A DNA stretch of 64,000 bases, from the sequence record LR745206.1, one strand, 5' to 3'. Numbering within the stretch: the first letter of the stretch is position 1; each line of letters opens with the position of its first letter. Of this stretch, positions 18,977 through 28,002 are shown in pieces. Position numbers and translations under genes: made by a program. The notes beneath the pieces are model-generated. The model had not been told where the DNA came from. It ran no database searches and saw nothing but the letters and a program-made list of their open reading frames with translations.

Positions 18977-19371
18977 TAATAAGTTTTGATTTTGATGGTA
19001 CGTTAGATGATGAATTTGGTGGAGTGCCAATTAATTTTCAAAAAAAGGATATTCAGTTATTAGCCAAACAATATATAGAAGAAGGACATGATGTGATGAT
19101 ACTCACTAAGCGATTTGGGCCTGATCATTCTGATAAAGGTCTTGGTAATGAGCATCTAATTGTATTTGAATTGGCAAAAGAATTAGGAATAGAAAAGGTT
19201 TATTTCACTAACCGTGTGATGAAATTTTCTTATATAATCAGGTTATCAATAGATATGCACTTTGAGAATGATGATTATGAAGTTGAGTTGATAAATCAAG
19301 CTTGTGTAGAAAGGGGGCATAATTGTTTAGTAATACCAGTAGAGGAAAAAAATTGGAGAAGTTTATTATGA
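18973..19371 (+). CDS. HAD-superfamily phosphatase
   Basis: ISFDFDGTLD motif I, LTKR motif II, HFEND motif IV. Confidence 0.75.
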   Translation: MIISFDFDGTLDDEFGGVPINFQKKDIQLLAKQYIEEGHDVMILTKRFGPDHSDKGLGNEHLIVFELAKELGIEKVYFTNRVMKFSYIIRLSIDMHFENDDYEVELINQACVERGHNCLVIPVEEKNWRSLL

Positions 19372-19949
19372 ATAGATCGGATTTAATTAAGATAATTAGA
19401 AGGTCACAAACCTTTATATCAATTATGCTTTTCTTTGGTGTTTTTTTCTTTTCCTGGGATGTTACTGGTTTTGAATTAACCGAAATACAACTATCTAAGT
19501 GGGGAGAAACTGGTTCTATTGTAGAATCAATATGGAACTCGGCTGTTTGTTTATTGTCTATATCAATATTGTTCAATTCTATATATTATCTAAAAAATAA
19601 TAATAGAATTAAATATAAAACAACATCATATGTTTTATTCTCACTGATTTCGATTTGTCTATTTGTTATAGGTTTTTTTAATGTTAATCATAACTTTATA
19701 CATAATCTAGCTGCTTATTTATACTTTTTCATATATCCATTTTCAATTTTCATCTTTGCTCACTTAAACAGAAAGACTTTACATTATAAGGATTGGATAC
19801 AACATGTTGTTATATCGATATCCATGATGGTTTTACCGCTTATTTTTATATCTTTGTTTAATGGTATGGCTTTGGCTGAAATGACACACATTTTATTTGT
19901 TGTTATTTGGAATTTAAAAATAGCATTTAAGTCAATAAATGATGAATGA
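19368..19949 (+). CDS. multi-pass membrane protein (DUF998-like)
   Basis: about five hydrophobic helices; FIHNLAA segment. Confidence 0.6.
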   Translation: MNRSDLIKIIRRSQTFISIMLFFGVFFFSWDVTGFELTEIQLSKWGETGSIVESIWNSAVCLLSISILFNSIYYLKNNNRIKYKTTSYVLFSLISICLFVIGFFNVNHNFIHNLAAYLYFFIYPFSIFIFAHLNRKTLHYKDWIQHVVISISMMVLPLIFISLFNGMALAEMTHILFVVIWNLKIAFKSINDE

Positions 19950-20292
19950 GAATGAATTCATAGATTGGATAAAGGAATTGGGATTTTCTAAAACTTGGGA
20001 AACATATGATGGTGAGTATTCAATAAAACCTGGTGGTGATGGTATATTTGATCCTAAGATTTATTTTACTACTTCTTATGAAGAATCAGAAATTAAAATT
20101 GGTATACATTATGCTAAAATGAATGGTACGATGTCATATGGATCTAATATAGGATATTTCAATATTAGTCAAATAGGTGAATTTGAAAAAATAATTATAG
20201 TGCATAAACTTATTGAATATTTTGATGAAGTTCCAATTGGATTCAAAAAGTATTTAAGAGATTCTAAAATTAAAGACATTTTAGGGTATTAA
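19939..20292 (+). CDS. tagged hypothetical protein
   Basis: ends YLRDSKIKDILGY. Confidence 0.7.
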   Translation: MMNENEFIDWIKELGFSKTWETYDGEYSIKPGGDGIFDPKIYFTTSYEESEIKIGIHYAKMNGTMSYGSNIGYFNISQIGEFEKIIIVHKLIEYFDEVPIGFKKYLRDSKIKDILGY

Positions 20293-20302
20293 TATATAAA
20301 TA

Positions 20303-20785
20303 ATGATTAGTAAATTTAGTGATATGGTAAATGAAAATATATCTTCAAAATTCAAATTGGGTATTGATGTGCATGGTGTTGTAGATGCTATGCCAGAGTT
20401 TTTTGCATTCTTGACGAATGCTTTTATTAAAAATGGTGGTGAGGTTCATATAATTACTGGTGGATCTTGGACTAAACAAATGGAATCAGAGATAATTTCT
20501 TATGGTATAAAATTCACACATGTTTTCTCTGTTTATGATCATCTTGTTGAATCTGATGCTGAATCTACTGGTAAAGTACAATTTCCTGATGGTACTATAC
20601 AAAATAAATTTAAGGATGGTGATTGGGACTTGGTTAAAGCTAACTATTGTCGAGATAATGGTATAACATTCCATATTGATGATACCTTGGCTTATAATGA
20701 GTTTTTCACAACCCCTTTTGCTAGACTTTGGACTCACAGTAATAAACCAAAAGCATCTCATAAGGATGTTCGACATATGGATTAA
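20303..20785 (+). CDS. HAD-like protein, putative head-packaged
   Basis: IDVHGVVD, ITG, K, HIDD motifs; start MISKFSDMVNE; late motif 20289-20298. Confidence 0.65.
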   Translation: MISKFSDMVNENISSKFKLGIDVHGVVDAMPEFFAFLTNAFIKNGGEVHIITGGSWTKQMESEIISYGIKFTHVFSVYDHLVESDAESTGKVQFPDGTIQNKFKDGDWDLVKANYCRDNGITFHIDDTLAYNEFFTTPFARLWTHSNKPKASHKDVRHMD

Positions 20786-20829
20786 ACAATCCAAATATTT
20801 TAAGTATAATTATAAATTATACTTTTTTT

Positions 20830-21189
20830 ATGCAAGAAAAAACCGAATTAGACTTAAATAACCCTATCTTTGCCGTTTATGTAAATGTTGGTGGTTTATC
20901 TAGACAGAGAGCTGAGGAAACAATCCAACACTTATCTAAAACTATGGATTGTCATAGTAATGTAACTATGTGGTTTTTCGGATGTGGTAATCTTGGTGAA
21001 AATCAAGAGACAAAAGTGGAGTGTGTTTATGATGGGATGTTGAGAAATAGAAATTCAGAATTAGTTGACTTAATAAAAGAAATAAATACAAGAGTTGATA
21101 TTTTATCAAATTCTAAAGATTTTGAAGATTTTAAATTAAATGTGAGAAATTGGAGATTGGGAGAATTACTAAAAAATGGCGATAACTAA
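20830..21189 (+). CDS. portal clip-like fragment plus tag
   Basis: YVNVGGLSRQRAEETIQHLSKTM versus T4 gp20 [23 protein letters not shown]; ends VRNWRLGELL. Confidence 0.7.
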   Translation: MQEKTELDLNNPIFAVYVNVGGLSRQRAEETIQHLSKTMDCHSNVTMWFFGCGNLGENQETKVECVYDGMLRNRNSELVDLIKEINTRVDILSNSKDFEDFKLNVRNWRLGELLKNGDN

Positions 21190-21556
21190 GAACAAAATAC
21201 AATTATTAGATAATATTCTATCTGTTGAAAAAGAGATGGAAATTGACTATTATTCCTATTGGGATAGTTACGGGTATGATGATTATTATGAAAATGATTA
21301 TTACGAAGATGATAGAGATCCTTGTTGGGGCTATGTTGAATCAATAGAACCTAGTTATGATTTGATAACCAAAGGTCGTGGTAGATTTACATACCAAAAC
21401 CATGCTAGAGTTCTTGGTAAGATGATAGATATGGATACTATTTATTCTAGAGAAGTGTTGAGAGAGAGAAAAATAGATCAAATTCTTGGATTATTGGCAC
21501 CAACTTATATACCGAAAGCAACTATTGGTGATTTTTTTCCAAAAAATAATAATTAA
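21176..21556 (+). CDS. Tyr/Asp-rich tagged protein
   Basis: YDDYYENDYYEDD tract; LRERKIDQILG. Confidence 0.7.
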   Translation: MAITKNKIQLLDNILSVEKEMEIDYYSYWDSYGYDDYYENDYYEDDRDPCWGYVESIEPSYDLITKGRGRFTYQNHARVLGKMIDMDTIYSREVLRERKIDQILGLLAPTYIPKATIGDFFPKNNN

Positions 21557-22774
21557 ATGAAAGTAGAAATATTTAAAGGTAATTGGACACTTGATGATGT
21601 AAGAAACAACACTGATAAGATTTTTATCTTTGGTGATAATAATGCTAGAATAGGAAAAGGTGGTCAAGCTATAATAAGAGATTTACCGAATACTATTGGT
21701 ATAAGGACCAAAAAAGGACCAAGTAAAAAAGCAGCTGCTTTTTACAAAGATTCTGAATTTGAATCAAACTCCAAGAATATATTAGAGGATATATTAGATA
21801 TTAAAAAAGAAGCTGTTGATGGATCAACTATTGTTTTTTCTAATGGTGGATATGGTACAGGGTTGGCTTCTTTGAGAGAGAAGGCACCTAAGACATTTGA
21901 ATATCTTTGTTTTTTATTAAGAGAACACTTCAACTTTAATAATGAAACTGGTAAAAAATGGCATAAGATACCTGGTCATAGAGAAATAAAAGAGGGGAAG
22001 TATGTTGATTTTGATAATAACAACACAAACATATTAAAACCAATTAATAATAGTTATTTTAAATCAGATTTCTTAGAGAAAGGATTAAATACAACATATG
22101 AATTAATTAAGAGTGAGTGTAAAGTCGCATTTACCTCTGATAAAAAGTATAAAAATAATGATATATTGATATTTACTTTTATTGGTAAGAACTATTTGGT
22201 TTGTAGAGTAATTGATTCATATGATATAGATTTGATGTTAAATGATTATAAGTGGTATTCATTTGAGGGTTATGATAAGAGTTTTAATATAGCTGGTCCT
22301 GATAATTTGCTAACTAATGAGAAAGAATATAAACAACAAACACATTTTCAATACATTTGTACACTAGATGATAGGGGTAATATGGTATATAAGAATGATA
22401 TATTTGCTGGTGAGGATAAACCAAAGGTAGATATTGATAAAATTAAAAAAAAAGTAGTTGGTGAAACTATACAAAATAAAAATCAAGATGATATGAGTGA
22501 AGTTACTAATAGTGAAATACTTGAGATTCTAAAAAGAATAGAATCTAAAATGGATAAGAAAAGATTCAAAAATCCATTCCGTAGAAAAACAATCGAAGAA
22601 TTATTATCAGAAAAAGGGTTGGTTGGTAGTTTTAATAAAATAGATTCCCCACTATCTAATAATAAATATGTATTAATTAGTGATAATGGATCATTTTATT
22701 ATTTCAATTTTAATAAAGGTTTATTATTTAATAATATTGAAATAATTTTGATATCCGATAAAAGTCTGATATAA
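21557..22774 (+). CDS. protein with N-terminal macro-like domain
   Basis: FIFGDN..GKGGQA.IR..PN.IGIRTK and GYGTGLA resemble macro-fold phage domains. Confidence 0.4.
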   Translation: MKVEIFKGNWTLDDVRNNTDKIFIFGDNNARIGKGGQAIIRDLPNTIGIRTKKGPSKKAAAFYKDSEFESNSKNILEDILDIKKEAVDGSTIVFSNGGYGTGLASLREKAPKTFEYLCFLLREHFNFNNETGKKWHKIPGHREIKEGKYVDFDNNNTNILKPINNSYFKSDFLEKGLNTTYELIKSECKVAFTSDKKYKNNDILIFTFIGKNYLVCRVIDSYDIDLMLNDYKWYSFEGYDKSFNIAGPDNLLTNEKEYKQQTHFQYICTLDDRGNMVYKNDIFAGEDKPKVDIDKIKKKVVGETIQNKNQDDMSEVTNSEILEILKRIESKMDKKRFKNPFRRKTIEELLSEKGLVGSFNKIDSPLSNNKYVLISDNGSFYYFNFNKGLLFNNIEIILISDKSLI

Positions 22775-22780
22775 TTTCAT

Positions 22781-22788
22781 TATATTTG
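22781..22788 (+). promoter_or_regulatory. Bacteroidota-type -7 element
   Basis: TATATTTG just upstream of ATG 22804; -33 box not evident. Confidence 0.5.
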
Positions 22789-22803
22789 TTAAAAATAATA
22801 ATT

Positions 22804-22983
22804 ATGTATATAGAGTCAATTATAAATGATTATTTCGAAAGAAATGATTTTGAAGTTTCCAGTTTTGGATATCTAATGAGTATATCAGAGGATTATAAGA
22901 ATAAGCTTGAAATGGAATCAATGAGTGATGAAATTGGAGTCATTATTAACACAAAAGAAGAAATAAACGATTTACCGTTTTAA
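22804..22983 (+). CDS. small acidic protein ending in an SSB-like tail
   Basis: C-terminus EEINDLPF-stop. Confidence 0.65.
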   Translation: MYIESIINDYFERNDFEVSSFGYLMSISEDYKNKLEMESMSDEIGVIINTKEEINDLPF

Positions 22984-22988
22984 CATAA

Positions 22989-23058
22989 GGTTGGGTGACC
23001 GAGAGATAGGTGGAGACTCGCAAAGTCTTTTACGGTGGTTCAAATCCATCCCCAACCT
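22989..23058 (+). tRNA. tRNA-Cys(GCA), non-canonical
   Basis: acceptor GGTTGGG/CCCAACC, D stem ACC/GGT, anticodon stem GAGAC/GTCTT with loop TCGCAAA, T arm GGTGG-TTCAAAT-CCATC, U73 discriminator, no encoded CCA. Confidence 0.85.
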
Positions 23059-23071
23059 CTAATTTATATTT

Positions 23072-23620
23072 ATGCAGATACCAAGAGAAATTTATGAACA
23101 AGAATTAAAAACCAGTTTTAGAGATCTAAAATTGAGTGTTATTGGTGGTTATGATTTTTCTTTTTCTGTTGAGAGAATTAACATATCTCGTAGAGAATTG
23201 GAATTTATATCTGAAAGATTTCCAAATGATATTATATCAGGATCATTAGCATTAAAAATTTATGGATTATTGGATAGAGATATTAATGATATTGATATTT
23301 TGATTGATGATAAGTATAGATTTGATAGTTATATAAATGATTATTATGGTAGCTACAAAACACATAAAAATCAAAATAAGATAGAACGTAGATTAGGATA
23401 TAAAAGATTCGACTATAAACCTGGATTTTTTACTAAAAAAAGAACATATAAAGTAGATTTTTTTGAAAATGATGGGTCTAAATATAATGATTTAGAATTT
23501 AATGGTAAAAAATTAAAAATTCATAACCCAATGGAACTAATAGATTTCAAAATGTCTTTATCTGATGATAATAAACATCTTCGTGATTTGTTCATGATTT
23601 TTCAAAGAACAAGTTTGTGA
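23072..23620 (+). CDS. Pol-beta-superfamily nucleotidyltransferase
   Basis: ISGSLAL..RDINDIDILI (GS..DxD). Confidence 0.65.
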   Translation: MQIPREIYEQELKTSFRDLKLSVIGGYDFSFSVERINISRRELEFISERFPNDIISGSLALKIYGLLDRDINDIDILIDDKYRFDSYINDYYGSYKTHKNQNKIERRLGYKRFDYKPGFFTKKRTYKVDFFENDGSKYNDLEFNGKKLKIHNPMELIDFKMSLSDDNKHLRDLFMIFQRTSL

Positions 23621-23644
23621 TTTGATTATTTTTCCTTATATTTG
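23614..23644 (+). promoter_or_regulatory. Bacteroidota-type -33/-7 promoter
   Basis: TTTG(23614)-N19-TATATTTG(23637-23644). Confidence 0.7.
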
Positions 23645-23647
23645 TGT

Positions 23648-24286
23648 ATGGCAAAATACGACACATACAGATATATTTATCCTCCACGCCCAAAAAATGC
23701 GATACCAACTACTGACCTAGATTTCTGGGATGGTGGTTCTTTGATTGCTCAGCCAAAACTAAATGGTTCCAATTGTGTTATTTTCACTAATGGTGATAAA
23801 CATGTTGTTATGAATCGCCACAACCAGAGATTAACCAATTTTAGATTAACCGATCTAGAAATTAAAGATATGTACCGTGGTACAGGTGAGTGGATGGTTA
23901 TTAATGGTGAGTATATGAATAAAAATAAATCAGACGAGACTAATCAACCATTTAATCACAAGTTTGTGATTTTTGATATACTTACTTATGATGGTGAATA
24001 TTTAGTTGGTAAAACCTTCCAAGAAAGAGTAGAAGTGCTCGATGTGTTATATGGTCAAGTTAAGTGTGAGAAGGACTATTTATATAAAATTTCCGAAAAT
24101 ATCTATCGTGTTAAATCTTATGATGTAGGATTTACTGATCTATTTAATGAGTTAACACCTATTGATATGATAGAAGGTCTTGTCATGAAACGTAAGAATG
24201 CTCGACTTGAACTTGGAACATCTGAGTTAAATAATGTGAAGAGCCAGATTAAGTGTAGAAAGGCTACTAAAAACTATAAATTCTAA
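23648..24286 (+). CDS. minimal ATP-dependent DNA/RNA ligase (adenylation domain only)
   Basis: QPKLNG motif I, GEYM III, FVIFDIL IIIa, EGLVMK IV, KCRK V; no OB domain. Confidence 0.75.
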   Translation: MAKYDTYRYIYPPRPKNAIPTTDLDFWDGGSLIAQPKLNGSNCVIFTNGDKHVVMNRHNQRLTNFRLTDLEIKDMYRGTGEWMVINGEYMNKNKSDETNQPFNHKFVIFDILTYDGEYLVGKTFQERVEVLDVLYGQVKCEKDYLYKISENIYRVKSYDVGFTDLFNELTPIDMIEGLVMKRKNARLELGTSELNNVKSQIKCRKATKNYKF

Positions 24287-24325
24287 AATTATATTTTAAT
24301 ATATAAGAAAAACTCATATTTCAAT

Positions 24326-24895
24326 ATGGAAAAGTTCTCCAAACTAAAACCAAAAGATGAATTTGCTGATTCTAAAGATAAAGTTCTTTATGATGGTGAA
24401 CATTATAGTATAGTTGAGTATGAAGATTGGAGTATAATATTAGAAAAGGATGCTGTTGTTTGTATTCCTTATCTGATTGAAACCAATCAATTTATCATAA
24501 GACATGAATACATACCCCCATTTAAATATGCTGATGGTCAAGAATATCACATAACTGTCTTGAGTGGTGGTATAGAAAGAGGAGAAACAGTAGAAAAGGC
24601 TTTGGTTAGAGAACTTGAAGAAGAAGCTGGTATTGTTTTGAGAGAAGATTATCAAATAGATGATGATTTAAAACCATTATTTATCAGTAAGAGTAACACA
24701 AATAAATACCATCCATTTATTTTACCATTGAATGAGAAGGACTATCATGAGGTAGTTGCTAAAGGTGATGGTTCTAAAGCTGAATCTTTGAGTAAGTCAG
24801 TTAAAGTAGATGCTAAATATATAGATTCTTTGAATGTTTCTGATTTGATTACTGATTACATGCTACTTAAATTAAAAGAATACCTTAATGTATGA
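24326..24895 (+). CDS. NUDIX hydrolase
   Basis: Nudix box GGIERGETVEKALVRELEEEAGI; late motif 24296-24305. Confidence 0.9.
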   Translation: MEKFSKLKPKDEFADSKDKVLYDGEHYSIVEYEDWSIILEKDAVVCIPYLIETNQFIIRHEYIPPFKYADGQEYHITVLSGGIERGETVEKALVRELEEEAGIVLREDYQIDDDLKPLFISKSNTNKYHPFILPLNEKDYHEVVAKGDGSKAESLSKSVKVDAKYIDSLNVSDLITDYMLLKLKEYLNV

Positions 24896-25437
24896 TAAAA
24901 ACATTTGAATCTTTTAATAAAGGAGACAACTTTCTTGAGATATTGGATGGTATAAGGTTACTTTATAATGATTCATATCCTGGTATTGGTAACCAACTAG
25001 AGGGTATTGATGATGTTTTATATTACACCATCATGGATGATGATAATCTTTTTAGAGAATCATCGGATATTAATATTGATAGTATTGAAAAGAGTGATAA
25101 ATATATGTTAACTACTCTTTATAATGAATTATATAATCAATATGAATTAGATAGGTTTCCTGATTTTAATAAAATCAATGAGATATTACTACACATAACT
25201 GACATCACAGAAGTTGATTTTTGTATTTTATTAGAAAGTAAATCAATTACATATGATATTGATACAATACCTGGTGTTAAAACATTTCCTGATAGAGATA
25301 AGATTGAATTTGATATTGATGAATGGGATAGTATAGTAAATGAAATAAAACCTAGTGTTAAAAGAATTGAGGATTTAGGTTATAAAGTAATAACTACAAT
25401 GGGTTCAAGTGGTAAAATAAAATTAACTATTACCTAA
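24892..25437 (+). CDS. acidic hypothetical protein, putative head-packaged
   Basis: MIKTFESFN start. Confidence 0.6.
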   Translation: MIKTFESFNKGDNFLEILDGIRLLYNDSYPGIGNQLEGIDDVLYYTIMDDDNLFRESSDINIDSIEKSDKYMLTTLYNELYNQYELDRFPDFNKINEILLHITDITEVDFCILLESKSITYDIDTIPGVKTFPDRDKIEFDIDEWDSIVNEIKPSVKRIEDLGYKVITTMGSSGKIKLTIT

Positions 25438-26772
25438 ATATCTATTTAGTGTAATTTTAATATCCGTATTTATACCCTTATCATCAGCATTTCCATAATC
25501 TGGTATTCTTGGATTCAAAGTTTCAGTAAACCATTGTTGTCCACACCACTCATCCCATATATTTCTTATTGATGATTCTCTGAATAAATCATCTGAATCA
25601 AAATCCTCCATCCACTTTGAATCAAACTCAACTTCATAGTATGTTATACTTTGTGTATATCCATTTGTAACCTTATTACCATCACTATCTGATGTATGAT
25701 AAGTTTTCCAACTATCAATATCAACCTTTTGGTAGTTAAATACATCACTTACCTTCTTATCAAAGTCACTAATAATACTATCATAAATATCATCAACATG
25801 AGCTCCCATTTCCCAATCAGCTACTATCTGTCTGCATTCTTGTGTTATTTCTGAATCATGACATAGTTGTTTTAATGTATCATAGAATCTCTCTTTTAAT
25901 AAGTATTCAATTACTTCTGATTCTGATTTACCTTTAACACTTTCGTATGATTCATCGGAACATTCATCACCTATATGATTGATAGTTTCTTCCAAACCAC
26001 CCATTTCTTTAATAATTGACCTAACCATCAAGACTTCGTTTTCATTATCCAATGAATATTGAAAAAATGATTGTATATCTGGTTCATAATAATGAGATTC
26101 ATAATGATCCCACATATGTTCAGTACCACCAATCAAAGTTTTCTTATAATCATCATTCTTGTCTAATAAGCAATCAGCCATATCTTCCAAATCAATATGT
26201 ATATAAATATCACCTGATTTACTTTCAGAGTCATATTCTAGACCATAGTATTCAGCTACTTGTTTTTGTGTAAACTCAACAGTATTTTTCTGTTTAACAA
26301 AGAGTGCTATATATTCCTCAGCTTCCAATTGTTCTGATTCATCATTTCCTATCCATAATCCACCTTTCAGTTTTATATTTCTTATATCTAGTTTCCCATC
26401 TTTATCATGTATAGATATTTCACCATCAACCTTCTCCTTTATTATATCATTTGTGAAAATAACGGAATCTGTTACATCAACATTTGATGTATTTCTATTT
26501 GATTCTATTTTTATCCAATAAGCCGGTACAACATCTTCACCTGGTAATACCTTTTCTGTGAAAACCTCCTTTATAGTGGAACTACCATTAGAATAATTGA
26601 TACCCTCTTCCTTATCAACAAATCCAAAAATTACTTCCAGAATATATCCCTCATCTGTTAAATCTATTAAAAATTCACGTATATCATCCTCATCTAACTT
26701 CCAGAATTTACCATCGTCTATATCTTCCTTTATAGACTCTTTTATGAACTCTAAATACTTTTTTAACCTCAT
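25423..26772 (-). CDS. acidic hypothetical protein, putative head-packaged
   Basis: likely start MRLKKYLEFIKES at 26772; TTTATATATA variant upstream. Confidence 0.65.
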   Translation of the reverse strand: MRLKKYLEFIKESIKEDIDDGKFWKLDEDDIREFLIDLTDEGYILEVIFGFVDKEEGINYSNGSSTIKEVFTEKVLPGEDVVPAYWIKIESNRNTSNVDVTDSVIFTNDIIKEKVDGEISIHDKDGKLDIRNIKLKGGLWIGNDESEQLEAEEYIALFVKQKNTVEFTQKQVAEYYGLEYDSESKSGDIYIHIDLEDMADCLLDKNDDYKKTLIGGTEHMWDHYESHYYEPDIQSFFQYSLDNENEVLMVRSIIKEMGGLEETINHIGDECSDESYESVKGKSESEVIEYLLKERFYDTLKQLCHDSEITQECRQIVADWEMGAHVDDIYDSIISDFDKKVSDVFNYQKVDIDSWKTYHTSDSDGNKVTNGYTQSITYYEVEFDSKWMEDFDSDDLFRESSIRNIWDEWCGQQWFTETLNPRIPDYGNADDKGINTDIKITLNRYLGNS

Positions 26773-26785
26773 ATTGTATATATAA

Positions 26786-26814
26786 AAAAAGAGAGTCAAA
26801 TTGACTCTCTTTTT
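26786..26814 (-). terminator. intrinsic terminator
   Basis: AAAAAGAGAGTCAA-A-TTGACTCTCTTTTT hairpin. Confidence 0.75.
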
Positions 26815-26834
26815 AGGCTGTTCGTTATTTTAAA

Positions 26835-27857
26835 TTATATTTTAGATAATAATTCTGATTTTTTATCTGAGAACTCTTCATCTGTTAATATACCAGCTGA
26901 GTGTAATTCAGATAGTTTTTTTATCAAATCAATAATTTCATCAGACTCATTTTTTAAGATATCTTTAGCTCTTACTGATGTTAGTGTTCCTTTGATGTTA
27001 TCAAATAGTATATCCTTTGTCTCAATTGGTTTAACACTCTCTGGGAAGATTTGTATAATAGTTGAGCTAATATAGTTATCTTCAAACTCCATATCAATTT
27101 CGGTGAATTTTTGAGAAGAAGCTGAACCTTTTTCTACTCTTCCTGTTTCCATACTTGAATTGATTGGTGTCATATCACCACTAGTAAGACTAGTTGGATT
27201 TAATAATGTACCAGTCAAATTACTTACATTAAAATTACCAGCAATAGTATTTGTAGTTGTTCCATAAACTGCTCCGGTTGTTGATGATCCACTATTAAAT
27301 GTTGCGGTTCCGGATGAAACAACAGCATTTAATGATCCATATCCTCCAGTTCCGATAGTTGTTGTACCACCATATACTATTGTATTTGGGTAGTAAGGTT
27401 GATACCAATTTGGATACCAATTTGGATAATAAGTAGGATACCATCTTTCGACTATAACTCTATCAAATCGTTTTTTCCAGTTATCGAGTGTGATAACATC
27501 TTCTTTATAAAAGAAGACTTCTAATAAACCATTTTTCTGAGTTGCTTCTATTGATTCAAGATTAGCTTCAATTTCATATGTACTGAATATGAATTTCTTT
27601 TTGTCATCAACAAAGCAGTCAAGATAGAACCTTTGTCCTGGTTTTAATACTAATCCTGTTTTTGAGATTGATTGACCATTTAATTTGATGTCAGCTAAGA
27701 CACATTCTGTTAGTGGATTAAATAGTTCGATTTCGAATTCGTCTCCATTATTTAAGAAGACTTTTCCTTTTTTAATTGATTTTCTTCCCTTATCTTTGGG
27801 GGAAACAATCCATGCGCTTGGTTTTTTGGCACGGGTACTTGTAGTTTTTGCTACCAT
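26835..27857 (-). CDS. protein with beta-sandwich-like N-terminus and C-terminal SHOCT domain
   Basis: FEIELFNP..IKLNG..LVLKPGQRFYL; ends IKKLSELHSAGILTDEEFSDKKSELLSKI. Confidence 0.7.
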   Translation of the reverse strand: MVAKTTSTRAKKPSAWIVSPKDKGRKSIKKGKVFLNNGDEFEIELFNPLTECVLADIKLNGQSISKTGLVLKPGQRFYLDCFVDDKKKFIFSTYEIEANLESIEATQKNGLLEVFFYKEDVITLDNWKKRFDRVIVERWYPTYYPNWYPNWYQPYYPNTIVYGGTTTIGTGGYGSLNAVVSSGTATFNSGSSTTGAVYGTTTNTIAGNFNVSNLTGTLLNPTSLTSGDMTPINSSMETGRVEKGSASSQKFTEIDMEFEDNYISSTIIQIFPESVKPIETKDILFDNIKGTLTSVRAKDILKNESDEIIDLIKKLSELHSAGILTDEEFSDKKSELLSKI

Positions 27858-27994
27858 AGTTATTCATTTTATTTTTAGACCTATATCTTTGATTCTTTTC
27901 AAAATCTCAACGATATCCAAATGATACCCGACATAAGTTAGCGAACAGCTTATTATTATATATTAAAATATTAGGCTTTCTCCTAAAAAATTCG

Positions 27995-28002
27995 TATATT
28001 TG
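27995..28002 (+). promoter_or_regulatory. Bacteroidota-type -7 element
   Basis: TATATTTG just upstream of ATG 28022. Confidence 0.55.

Noticed and set aside
21520-21556. KATIGDFFP tail as a mimic of the ribosomal protein S1 C-terminus
   Set aside because: Too short and weak to support without a search.
23012-23029. Reading the tRNA as Ala(CGC) to restore U33
   Set aside because: Shifting the loop breaks the anticodon stem (A-A and G-G mismatches), and there is no G3-U70 pair; U73 supports Cys.
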